DNA of 64,000 nucleotides from Candidatus Rifleibacteriota bacterium (GTDB lineage Bacteria; Muiribacteriota; Ozemobacteria; Ozemobacterales; Ozemobacteraceae): NCBI GenBank assembly GCA_051747585.1, contig JBNJGH010000004.1, positions 6,852 to 70,851 of the forward strand, read 5' to 3'. Shown piece by piece: positions 55,900 to 64,000 of this stretch (position 1 is its first letter; each line of letters starts with the position of its first letter). The notes under the pieces were generated by a model. It saw only the letters and a program-made list of their open reading frames with translations, ran no database searches and was not told where the DNA came from. The position numbers and the translations under genes were made by a program.

Positions 55900-56676
55900 A
55901 TGTATCCGGTAATCTTATCAACACCTTGGTTTAATATTTACTCCTACGGAGTTCTAATCGCACTGGGCTATACCCTGGGAACCGTATGGATACTTCTTGA
56001 AGCAAAAAAACAGCAGTTACCCGTAACTGCTGTTTTTGATATGCTTTTGTTCCAACTGATTGTAGGAATCTGCGGTTCAAGACTGCTTTATATTATTGAA
56101 TATTCGCCCGACAAACTCAATTTTAAAGACTTTTTTGCATTTGAACAGGGCGGTTTAACTTTCTACGGTTCAGTAATCAGCAGTTTTATTTTTGATCTTT
56201 TCTATTTAAAAATCAGACGTATTCCCTTCTGGCAGGTTATGGACTGCATAGGCTTCGGAATACCCCTTGGCATTGCCATTGCCCGCATAGGCTGTTTTCT
56301 GAATGGCTGTTGCTACGGCACTCAATGCGACTTGCCCTGGGCCCTGCCTTTTCCGGCTACGAATGGCCAACATGTTCACCCAACACAGCTTTATGAATCT
56401 TTAAGCGCAATTTTAATTTTCTTTTTACTGCAAAAATACAGAAAACTTCAAAGAAACCATGGTGAAGTATTTTTAGCTTCCGTCTCTATGTATAGTATTG
56501 CCAGGTTTTTCATCGAATTTTTCAGAGCCGAAAACCCCGTAGTTTTATGGGGAATGCATCTTTCGCATTTGATTGGCATAGCAATTTTAGCAGCTGCTTT
56601 CATTACCTGGAAATTTATCGATAGAAGCAAAAAACTTCGAATTCTTCCAACAAATGAAACAAAAGAACTTAAATAA
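55900..56676 (+). CDS. lgt: Prolipoprotein diacylglyceryl transferase, copy 1
   Basis: MYPV, YGVLIALG, G.RL.Y, GGLTFYG, RIGCFLNGCCYG, HPTQLYE, RFFIEFFR. Confidence 0.9.
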   Translation: MYPVILSTPWFNIYSYGVLIALGYTLGTVWILLEAKKQQLPVTAVFDMLLFQLIVGICGSRLLYIIEYSPDKLNFKDFFAFEQGGLTFYGSVISSFIFDLFYLKIRRIPFWQVMDCIGFGIPLGIAIARIGCFLNGCCYGTQCDLPWALPFPATNGQHVHPTQLYESLSAILIFFLLQKYRKLQRNHGEVFLASVSMYSIARFFIEFFRAENPVVLWGMHLSHLIGIAILAAAFITWKFIDRSKKLRILPTNETKELK

Positions 56677-56679
56677 GCT

Positions 56680-57447
56680 ATGCCTTGTATATTAAATCAG
56701 TTTACTTTTAGCGAATGGCTTTACGGAATTCTTTTAACAGTAGCTTTTATTAGCGGGTTAACAATTTTTTACCGAAATCTTTCCCATTCGGATCTGCCCG
56801 GGGAAATTTTTATTGATGTTGCACTGATAACGACAATATCAGCAATTATTGGTGCCCGAACTCTTTATATTCTTCTTTATCCCGAGCAGTTTAATTCGCT
56901 ATATGAGTATATTGCTGTCCATGAAGGGGGGCTCGTCTTCTATGGCGGTTTTTTATTGGCTGTTATTTGCCTGATCCTCTATTGCCGGCTCAAAAAGTTA
57001 TCAGTCAGCAGGCTGGCTGACATCGTTGCCCCTTCGCTCGCTCTTGGCCATGCTATCGGCAGAATCGGCTGTTTTTTCAATAATTGTTGCTATGGGAAAC
57101 CAACTGATTCTTGCCATATCTACCAATTACCATCTGATCCTGCTAGTTTGTTTCGTCACCCTACCCAGCTATATTCATCTGCTTTTCTTTTTACACTTTT
57201 CATATTTCTTCAAAAAAGCCAAAGTTATTTCCCCAAAAGCAAAATTTTTAAACCTGGTTTTATCTCTCTTGTCTATATTTTATCTTATACTTTTTTCAGA
57301 TTTCTGATAGAATTCTTACGCGGAGATAATCGGGGCGGATTTTTTACGACTCTGAACTTATCGGTTTCTCAACTAATAAGTTTGGTAATATTTACAATCG
57401 GCCTGGTCATACTAGGCCTCAAGATAAAAAACAGGACCTCAAAATGA
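56680..57447 (+). CDS. lgt: Prolipoprotein diacylglyceryl transferase, copy 2
   Basis: GAR.LY, GGLVFYGG, GRIGCFFNNCCYG, HPTQLYS, RFLIEFLRGD. Confidence 0.85.
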   Translation: MPCILNQFTFSEWLYGILLTVAFISGLTIFYRNLSHSDLPGEIFIDVALITTISAIIGARTLYILLYPEQFNSLYEYIAVHEGGLVFYGGFLLAVICLILYCRLKKLSVSRLADIVAPSLALGHAIGRIGCFFNNCCYGKPTDSCHIYQLPSDPASLFRHPTQLYSSAFLFTLFIFLQKSQSYFPKSKIFKPGFISLVYILSYTFFRFLIEFLRGDNRGGFFTTLNLSVSQLISLVIFTIGLVILGLKIKNRTSK

Positions 57448-58391
57448 ATAACATACATGAATGGACAGTCGAAGAAAACTTTGCCGGAACCAGGCTTGAT
57501 GCTGCAATCAGCCAGAAATTTAAAAACAAGATTTCCAGAACCAAAGCTCAGGAAATGATTAAGACCGGCGCAATAACCATTGAAGGCCAGGAAGTAAAAG
57601 CAAATTTAAAACTAAAGGGCGGAGAAAAAATTGCAATAAATTTTCCCGAACAGGAAAAAGAAATAACGGTAAATGCAACTCAGCTCGATTTTCCAATCCT
57701 TTTCGAAGACGATCATATGATTGTTATTAACAAGCCCTCCGGACTTGTGGTTCATCCAGGAGCAGGTCGCGAACCCCACACTGTTGTCTCAGCGTTACTC
57801 AGTCACACAAGCCTGAGCCCTATCGGGGCTCCGGTGCGCCCTGGAGTGGTTCAAAGATTGGATAAAGAAACAAGTGGCGTTATGGTACTGGCCAAAACTG
57901 TTCAAGCTCACAAAGCTCTGATAAAATCTTTTTCCAGCCACAAACTTGATAAAGAATATCTTGCAATTATTCAGGGGCATATAGTCAACAAAAAAGGTCG
58001 AATAGAAGCTGCAATAGATCGTGATAAAATTCATCGCAAACGCATGAAAATAACTACCCCGGAAAAGGGCAGAATGGCTATCAGCAGTTTCGAAGTGCTT
58101 GAATACTTAGACCGCACCTCTTTTGTCAGAGTAGCAATCGAAACCGGCAGAACACATCAGATAAGAGTTCATATGGCCTTTACCGGTCACCCGCTTTTAG
58201 GCGACACAACTTACGGTGCCAGAAAACTAGAGCAAAACAGGCATCATTTCCTTCACAGCTATCGTCTGGTGGTTGACCACCCTGTGAGTGGAAAAGAGCT
58301 GGAATTCATAGCGGGGCTACCCGAAAGATTCATCTCTGAATTACAAGAACTGGGAATGTCAGAAAAACAGCTTGAACTTTATCGTGAGTAA
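57444..58391 (+). CDS. rluD: RluA/RluD-family pseudouridine synthase with S4 domain
   Basis: S4 (RLD..I...SR), INKPSGLVVHP, RPG.VQRLDKETSG, ETGRTHQIRVH, GD..YG. Confidence 0.9.
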   Translation: MNNIHEWTVEENFAGTRLDAAISQKFKNKISRTKAQEMIKTGAITIEGQEVKANLKLKGGEKIAINFPEQEKEITVNATQLDFPILFEDDHMIVINKPSGLVVHPGAGREPHTVVSALLSHTSLSPIGAPVRPGVVQRLDKETSGVMVLAKTVQAHKALIKSFSSHKLDKEYLAIIQGHIVNKKGRIEAAIDRDKIHRKRMKITTPEKGRMAISSFEVLEYLDRTSFVRVAIETGRTHQIRVHMAFTGHPLLGDTTYGARKLEQNRHHFLHSYRLVVDHPVSGKELEFIAGLPERFISELQELGMSEKQLELYRE

Positions 58392-58399
58392 ACCGATAA
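58373..58399 (+). promoter_or_regulatory. Possible sigma28-type promoter
   Basis: TGAACTTT-N11-ACCGATAA. Confidence 0.35.
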
Positions 58400-58431
58400 C
58401 TAAAATAATTAAATCAACAGGATAAAAACTA

Positions 58432-58809
58432 ATGTTTTTTAATAGTCAGACTAAAAACAGTTTGAATGCAAAAATCGGAGGAATAGGCCTATATGTAATA
58501 GTGTTCCTTCTTTTTGGTCTTATAATGTCTGTCTTTTTATTTTTTCCTCAGTTTGTAAACATGCAGTCAGGCATTTATAAAATTTCATGCCGTGAAATAA
58601 GAAGTAAAGTTCAGCTTGCAATTGAAGATCATAATGCAAATAACACAAAACTTGCAGCTGAACCGGGCAAGCCCATTGACCTCGATTATCTAAAAGAAAC
58701 CGGATACCTGGCAGAGGTTCAAACTTGTCCCGAAAACGGTACCTATTTTATCAATGACAATGGTGAAGTCTACTGCAGTTTTCATACGAATTTTAAAGAA
58801 ACTGATTAA
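58432..58809 (+). CDS. Pilin-like membrane protein with an atypical N-terminus
   Basis: One N-terminal TM, then SC......Q.A...H, CPENGTY, VYCSFH; C-terminal motif shared with the pilin at 39768-40127. Confidence 0.55.
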   Translation: MFFNSQTKNSLNAKIGGIGLYVIVFLLFGLIMSVFLFFPQFVNMQSGIYKISCREIRSKVQLAIEDHNANNTKLAAEPGKPIDLDYLKETGYLAEVQTCPENGTYFINDNGEVYCSFHTNFKETD

Positions 58810-58826
58810 GTTTTTACGGAGGTAAT

Positions 58827-59528
58827 ATGAGTAAGCAAAGAAGAAGAACATACCTGATTAAAACAGGCCTCCAGCTCAGATATATGGGAATCATCATATC
58901 TACCATGCTTATGGTTGCTTTTGGCGTGGGCTGGATAATTTATCATACTTCATGGAGTCAGATTGCCAACACACCAGATCTGACCCTTGATAAACTCGCC
59001 ATGATATTTGACTCTGTCAATGGGCTTCTTACACGCTGGGTAGTAGTTTTTGTTTTTATAATAGCCATTTTATCTATCTTTGTATCTCACAAAATAGCCG
59101 GTCCGGTGTATCGACTTGAAGAAACGACTCGAATCATCGCATCGGGTGATTTAACCTATCAGGTAAATCTCAGGCAGGGAGACGAACTACGCGATCTTCA
59201 GGAAGCCTTTAACAAAATGTCTGATTCATTGCGAAGCATGGTGGCAAAAGACAGAGAAATAATTGACAGACTTATTCTGGCAGGCAACAAACTCAAGGAA
59301 ACAATGGACCAACAGAAGCAGGACCCCAAAGCTATAGAAGGTGTTGCCGACGACCTTTATTCAATCATAGAAGAACTTAGACTTGTTACCAGTGGCTTCA
59401 AAATTGATGATAAAACCGAAAAAAACGATTCAAAATCATCAGAAGAAGACAATACTGCAAAAGAAGAACAAAAAGAAGAGCCCGAAGACAAAAAAGCTAC
59501 CGAAGAAACACCGAAAAAAATAGTCTGA
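58827..59528 (+). CDS. Two-TM HAMP-domain protein with a short coiled coil
   Basis: Two TMs, SHKIAGPVYRL......IASGDL....LR.GDEL..L...FN.M. Confidence 0.8.
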   Translation: MSKQRRRTYLIKTGLQLRYMGIIISTMLMVAFGVGWIIYHTSWSQIANTPDLTLDKLAMIFDSVNGLLTRWVVVFVFIIAILSIFVSHKIAGPVYRLEETTRIIASGDLTYQVNLRQGDELRDLQEAFNKMSDSLRSMVAKDREIIDRLILAGNKLKETMDQQKQDPKAIEGVADDLYSIIEELRLVTSGFKIDDKTEKNDSKSSEEDNTAKEEQKEEPEDKKATEETPKKIV

Positions 59529-59541
59529 CTGCATCCCAACG

Positions 59542-59621
59542 ATTCTCTGTGCTGCTCTGAGGGCTCTGTGGTTATTTTATTTGCGGCTTTGTGGCTTAGT
59601 GTGAGGGAGATTTTTTCTGAA
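59542..59621. repeat. Intergenic repeat copy A (about 9-nt period, CTCTGTG/CTTTGTG units)
   Basis: 72 of 81 aligned columns identical to 61279-61359 by manual alignment. Confidence 0.85.
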
Positions 59622-59701
59622 CTGGCAATCAATTCATAGTGCTTGCTGCAAAATTCCTTTTTATGTTAATTTCCTGAAATTAAAACTTCAGGAGATAAAA
59701 A

Positions 59702-60385
59702 ATGTTAAAAGATGGCGAAAAGGGTGTAATTATTCAGCGCGATAAAAAGACTTATGCTGTGGCACCCCATATTCCCTGCGGAGTTGTAACACCAGATCTA
59801 TTACGCAAACTTGCCGATGTAGCAGAAAAACACCAGGTTCCGGCTCTCAAAATAACCAGTGCTGCCAGAGTCGCAATTGTTGGCATCAAAGAAGACAAAG
59901 TAGATGAAATATGGCAGGAATTAGGAATGGACAAAGGTGCAGCAACAGGATTATGCATTCGTAGCATAAAAGCCTGCCCGGGCACTACTTTCTGCAAAAG
60001 AGGAATTAGAGACAGCCTTGGTATTGGCATGAAGCTTGATGAGCTATATCACGGTCTCGAGTTGCCGGGAAAATTGAAAATTGGTGTAAGCGGCTGCCCA
60101 AATCAATGCGCAGAAACCTGCATTAAAGACATAGGTCTTGTTGGCTTCGGCAAAGGCTGGAAACTTCTTGTTGGAGGCAATGGCGGCGCACTCCCACGCC
60201 TTTCCAAAGAACTGAGCAAAGACCTTGAAGACGAACAGGCTCTTGCCCACATAGCCGCTTTGATTGAATTTTATAAAGAAAACGCCAGACCACATCAGCG
60301 CATGGGAATGATGATTGAGCGAATGGGCGGCTTCGATGAATTTTATCGTCAGTTTTTTGAAGCAAACCCCAGCCTGAAAGCCTGA
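59702..60385 (+). CDS. Small siroheme/[4Fe-4S] nitrite-sulfite reductase-family protein (low-MW assimilatory type)
   Basis: QRDK.TYA..PH.P.G, L.ITS..R, KACPGTTFC and GVSGCPNQC four-Cys ligand set. Confidence 0.82.
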   Translation: MLKDGEKGVIIQRDKKTYAVAPHIPCGVVTPDLLRKLADVAEKHQVPALKITSAARVAIVGIKEDKVDEIWQELGMDKGAATGLCIRSIKACPGTTFCKRGIRDSLGIGMKLDELYHGLELPGKLKIGVSGCPNQCAETCIKDIGLVGFGKGWKLLVGGNGGALPRLSKELSKDLEDEQALAHIAALIEFYKENARPHQRMGMMIERMGGFDEFYRQFFEANPSLKA

Positions 60386-60394
60386 AATATAGAG

Positions 60395-60422
60395 TAAAAA
60401 TTAAAGGGTAAGCTGCCGATAT
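60395..60422 (+). promoter_or_regulatory. sigma28-type promoter upstream of the 60433 gene
   Basis: TAAA(60395-98)-N16-GCCGATAT(60415-22), exact consensus, 10 nt before the ATG. Confidence 0.7.
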
Positions 60423-60432
60423 GTTCTAGATC

Positions 60433-61269
60433 ATGCAGAATAAACGCTTTTTTGTAATTGCAGCAATAATAACAGGCTTTATAACTGCCCTGGTTCTAAA
60501 TGGAGCACAAGTTAGACGCCGCCCCCAAAGGTCGGGGTCTAGTTTTGTACCCAAAGGACGGCCCCATTACGAAAAAATTTTTGCCGATGGGAAAATGCGT
60601 ATAGCTGTATTCTGGGGCTGGGATCACCCCAGAGATACGATAATGTATACCTTTCCCGCCTTTGAAAATCTTAACGGCAAAAAGCTCTACTATAAAGGAC
60701 GTCCTGTAATGATCGAAATCGGAATGATCACTCAGATTAACGAAAATCCTAAACAGATATTCAAGAAAGCACTTGAAGACTCTACAATTGATGTAATAAT
60801 TTATTCGGGACATGCCAGATACGGCGGCGGAATGGCCTTTGCTTCAAAGACAGACATATTCAGAAGCGGAAACGGCGATCTTATAGAAGATCGTCACACC
60901 AAACCATATAAAGTTTACCGAGCTACTTCTGAAGACCTTGATAAGACCGATTTTTCTTCTAACTATAAAATTGTTATGCTCAACTGTTGCGATTCGGAAG
61001 GACATTTTCGCAAAAGCTGGTCACGCAGATTTAAAGAATGCTCTGCACCAGTAGATCTTCTGACAGTTGAATACCCCGTTTTTAACTATTATGACCATCG
61101 AAGAGTGTTAAATTTTCTTCAAGATCTTCTCCGTTTTGCCGACTGGAAAACCATCAAAAAAAGCTATGAATCGGAAGTACACAAACGCAAAAATCGCCTG
61201 ATTATAAAACCGGTCAAATTAACCGATTCCAGAGACCTTACCAGCCGTCGTCTCGGTTCTACCCAATAA
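60433..61269 (+). CDS. Exported hypothetical protein, possible clan CD (caspase/CHAT-like) cysteine peptidase
   Basis: Signal peptide; VIIYSGHA and IVMLNCCDS resemble His and Cys dyad motifs. Confidence 0.5.
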   Translation: MQNKRFFVIAAIITGFITALVLNGAQVRRRPQRSGSSFVPKGRPHYEKIFADGKMRIAVFWGWDHPRDTIMYTFPAFENLNGKKLYYKGRPVMIEIGMITQINENPKQIFKKALEDSTIDVIIYSGHARYGGGMAFASKTDIFRSGNGDLIEDRHTKPYKVYRATSEDLDKTDFSSNYKIVMLNCCDSEGHFRKSWSRRFKECSAPVDLLTVEYPVFNYYDHRRVLNFLQDLLRFADWKTIKKSYESEVHKRKNRLIIKPVKLTDSRDLTSRRLGSTQ

Positions 61270-61278
61270 TCTTCAGCA

Positions 61279-61359
61279 ATTCTCTGTGATTCTCTGAGGG
61301 CTCTGTGGTTATTTTCTTTGTGGCTTTGAGGCTTGGTGTGAGGCAAATTCTTTTCTGAA
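61279..61359. repeat. Intergenic repeat copy B
   Basis: Direct repeat of 59542-59621; begins 9 nt after the upstream stop codon. Confidence 0.85.
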
Positions 61360-61475
61360 ACGAAGTGATAGTCAATGACCGAGAATTACCCAATAATCTT
61401 TGCCTGCTTGACTCAGTTTGTTTGATATTGTAAGCTTTGGCTTAAATAACACCAGAGAGAACACCATATCAATCG

Positions 61476-63053
61476 ATGAATAAAGTCAGAGCTTTTTTAG
61501 CAGGGAGTGGGTTGGCAGGCCTTGCTACGGCCTTTTACCTTATTAAAGATGGTAAAATTTCAGGCGAAAATATAACCATTTACGAAGAGCATGATTTTAC
61601 CGGCGGCAGTCTGGACGCATTTTACAACCCCGAATTCGATGGGTATTTTATGCGAGGATTCAGAATGCTCGAACCCTATGTTTACTCTGCCATGCTAGAA
61701 CTCATGTCAGATCTGCCCTGCCCTGTAGATCCTGACAAAACAATATTTCAGGATTTTATTGAATTTAACAACAGGGTTAAAACCTGCTCAAGATCTCGTC
61801 TTGTTGCCAATGGTCGTGCCATTAACGCCCGACCCCTTACCTTAAAAATAAAAGACAGAGTTAAAATTCTTAAACTCTTGACTCAACCCGAACACAAAAT
61901 AGAAAACCTGGCCATCGAAGACTATTTTTCCCCTGACTTCTTTAGCAGTAATTTCTGGTATCAATTCTGCACAACCTTTTCTTTTCAACCATGGCATTCT
62001 GTAGAAGAATTTAAAAGATATATACTCAGATTCTTTCAGGCAGCGCCTACTCTTGATACCCACACCTGCATAAGAAGTACCAGATACAATCAATATGAAT
62101 CTATTGCTTTGCCTTTAAAAAAATGGCTTTCAGCTAACAAAGTTAAATTTAAGCCAAATACTGATGTTGAAGATATAGATTTCAAAAAGCAAAAGAACAA
62201 ACTTCATATTAACAAACTTGAGCTTGTATCTGAAGGCAGAAAACAGATTCAAGAGATAAGCAAAAATGACCTGGTTTTTCTCAGCCTTGGCTCTATGAGC
62301 TCTAACTATTCAGTTGGAGCTATGAACAAAGCTCCGATAAAGAAATATAAAACAAAAAATCCTTCATGGGAATTGTGGAAAAAAATCGAAAACAGGAGCC
62401 CTCAATTTGGCAAACCCTCCGTTTTTTATACACATATAGATAAAACCAAATGGATTTCCTTTACCATAACTTTTTCAAAACCTTTATTTTTTAAATTGAT
62501 AGAAAAAATTACCCAAACACCTCCCGGCACCGAAGGACCAATGACATTGATCGATTCAAACTGGCTTATTTCATTTGCTCTGCCGCATCAGCCTCATTTT
62601 GTCGATCAGCCCCAACACCTTCAGGTTCTCTGGGGCTATGGACTTTACCCGGATAAAAAAGGCAACTTCGTAGATAAAAAAATGTCTGACTGCAACGGCG
62701 AAGAAATACTCATCGAAATTATTCATCATTTGAAATTTAAAAAATATCAGAACGAAATAATCAACTCAGCGAACTGCATACCCTGCCTTATGCCCCATAT
62801 TACAAGCCAGTTTATGCCAAGAAAAATTGGCGACAGACCCAAAGTGGTTCCGCCCTGCTCAAAAAACTTTGCCTTTATAGGCCAGTTCAGCGAAATTCCT
62901 CAGGATATAGTTTTTACCCTTGAATACTCAGTTCGCTCTGCTCAAATTGCAGCTTACTCTCTTTTAAATATTAACAAAACGCCAACCCCTATTTACCCAG
63001 GCTGGAAAAGACTGAAGCATGTTTTTAACATCGTTAGAACCGCTTTCAGATAA
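61476..63053 (+). CDS. ohyA: Oleate hydratase (myosin-cross-reactive antigen family, FAD-dependent)
   Basis: GSGLAGLA.A.YL..DG, GGSLD, RG.RM, TF.FQPWHS..E, YNQYES, K.KW.SFT.T, PHITSQFMPR..GDRP.VVP, FT.EYSVRSA. Confidence 0.9.
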   Translation: MNKVRAFLAGSGLAGLATAFYLIKDGKISGENITIYEEHDFTGGSLDAFYNPEFDGYFMRGFRMLEPYVYSAMLELMSDLPCPVDPDKTIFQDFIEFNNRVKTCSRSRLVANGRAINARPLTLKIKDRVKILKLLTQPEHKIENLAIEDYFSPDFFSSNFWYQFCTTFSFQPWHSVEEFKRYILRFFQAAPTLDTHTCIRSTRYNQYESIALPLKKWLSANKVKFKPNTDVEDIDFKKQKNKLHINKLELVSEGRKQIQEISKNDLVFLSLGSMSSNYSVGAMNKAPIKKYKTKNPSWELWKKIENRSPQFGKPSVFYTHIDKTKWISFTITFSKPLFFKLIEKITQTPPGTEGPMTLIDSNWLISFALPHQPHFVDQPQHLQVLWGYGLYPDKKGNFVDKKMSDCNGEEILIEIIHHLKFKKYQNEIINSANCIPCLMPHITSQFMPRKIGDRPKVVPPCSKNFAFIGQFSEIPQDIVFTLEYSVRSAQIAAYSLLNINKTPTPIYPGWKRLKHVFNIVRTAFR

Positions 63054-63067
63054 GGAATTTCAAAACC

Positions 63068-64000
63068 ATGTTATCATCAAATATTACTATTGAAGGGCTT
63101 GAATACGAGATTCCTGACCAAATTGTTACCTCAGAACAAATTGAAGAGGAAATCAGTGCTACCATGCAGAGGCTCAAACTGCCCAAAGGTCTGTTAAAGT
63201 CTTTGACAGGAATAAAAGAAAGGCGTGTCTGGCCAGAAGGAACCACACCGAGCGAAATAGGTGTCAGAGTCGCCAGAAAAGTAATTGAAGCAACTGATAT
63301 TCCCGGCAGCAATATTGGTTGCATTATAAATACTTCGGTCAGCAGGAACTACATCGAACCCTCTGTAGCATGCCTTATACAGGGCAGCCTAGAATTATCG
63401 CCCGAATGCCTCAATTTTGATGTCAGCAATGCCTGCCTCGGCTTCTTCACCGCTATTCAGATTTTGACGCTGATGATTGAATCGGGACAGATTAAATACG
63501 GCCTGATAGTGAACGGCGAAACTTCAGGAAAACTTTTAAATTCGACCATTGCCAGATTGAAAAAACGAAATGTCACACCCGAAATATACCGGCGAAATTT
63601 TGCCGCTTTAACGCTTGGGAGCGGTGCAGCAGCAATGATTCTCGGGCACAAAAATTACAGCAGAACCAACCATTTAGTTAACGGCATTGTAAACCTTTCT
63701 GACACCAGACACAGCCGTTTATGTCTGGGCCGCATCGACCAGATGGAAGCCGACTCGACAGAAATTATGAAGCAGGGAATAAAGCTTGCCCGTAAAACCT
63801 GGAGCATTGCCGGATCAAGATTACCCAACTGGAAAGATGATAATATAGATCTTTACATTCCTCACCAGGTGAGTTTAAAGAATATTCAAGAACTCAGCCA
63901 GGCTCTGGGTCTGGAACTGGAGAAACAGCATCTGAGTTTCATGAACTACGGCAACATCGGTCCAGCCTCTGTACCAATAACCCTTAAAATGGCAGAAGAG
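63068..64000 (+). CDS. oleA: OleA-type thiolase-fold condensing enzyme (FabH superfamily), truncated at the window edge
   Basis: Manual translation MLSSNITIEGLEYEIP...LTGIKERRVW...TSVSRNYIEPSVA...FDVSNACLGF...TLGSGAAA...IPHQVS...GNIGPASVPITL; open to base 64000. Confidence 0.82.
   Translation, partial: MLSSNITIEGLEYEIPDQIVTSEQIEEEISATMQRLKLPKGLLKSLTGIKERRVWPEGTTPSEIGVRVARKVIEATDIPGSNIGCIINTSVSRNYIEPSVACLIQGSLELSPECLNFDVSNACLGFFTAIQILTLMIESGQIKYGLIVNGETSGKLLNSTIARLKKRNVTPEIYRRNFAALTLGSGAAAMILGHKNYSRTNHLVNGIVNLSDTRHSRLCLGRIDQMEADSTEIMKQGIKLARKTWSIAGSRLPNWKDDNIDLYIPHQVSLKNIQELSQALGLELEKQHLSFMNYGNIGPASVPITLKMAEE

Noticed and set aside
61164..61346. Minus-strand ORF MPHTKPQSHKENNHRALRESQR
   Set aside because: It is the translation of the ~9-nt-period repeat plus antisense overlap with a real gene
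59542..61359. CRISPR array
   Set aside because: Only two 80-bp copies 1.7 kb apart; no repeat-spacer periodicity and no cas genes

Overview
An AT-rich, gene-dense bacterial chromosomal window from a flagellated, piliated diderm (flgH/flgI, PilQ secretin, many TPR and lipoprotein genes). The gene style is reminiscent of Candidatus Riflebacteria; that is inference only. Housekeeping genes include rplY, carD, miaB, queH, aroC, rho, smpB, rng, accD/accA, an RpoD-type sigma, lspA, two lgt and rluD. Also present: a peptidoglycan-sugar uptake/recycling operon (fused SBP-permease, BadF-type kinase, murQ, SpoIID/LytB), pilMNOPQ, a flagellar rod/ring cluster (flgF-G-A-H // flgI // flgJ), a diheme FN3 lipoprotein, and an oleate hydratase followed by an OleA-type condensing enzyme that runs off the right edge. 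No rRNA, tRNA, CRISPR array or transposase was recognised. The top lead is a four-gene cassette inserted between flgH and flgI: NodU/CmcH carbamoyltransferase, SxtJ-like membrane protein, a 57-aa DUF5989/SxtK peptide missing from the ORF track, and a membrane-anchored SGNH-TPR protein. The peptide ends in F-M-Y-T-I-F, matching the C-terminal tyrosine acyl-shuttle motif of DltX and of AlgI-type MBOATs. This suggests an MBOAT-free trans-envelope carbamoyl relay. Other leads: sigma28-type promoters (TAAA-N15/16-GCCGATA) in front of the type IV pilus operon, the flg genes and a secreted clan-CD-like peptidase; two further unannotated small ORFs; and a family of about 9-nt-period intergenic repeats.
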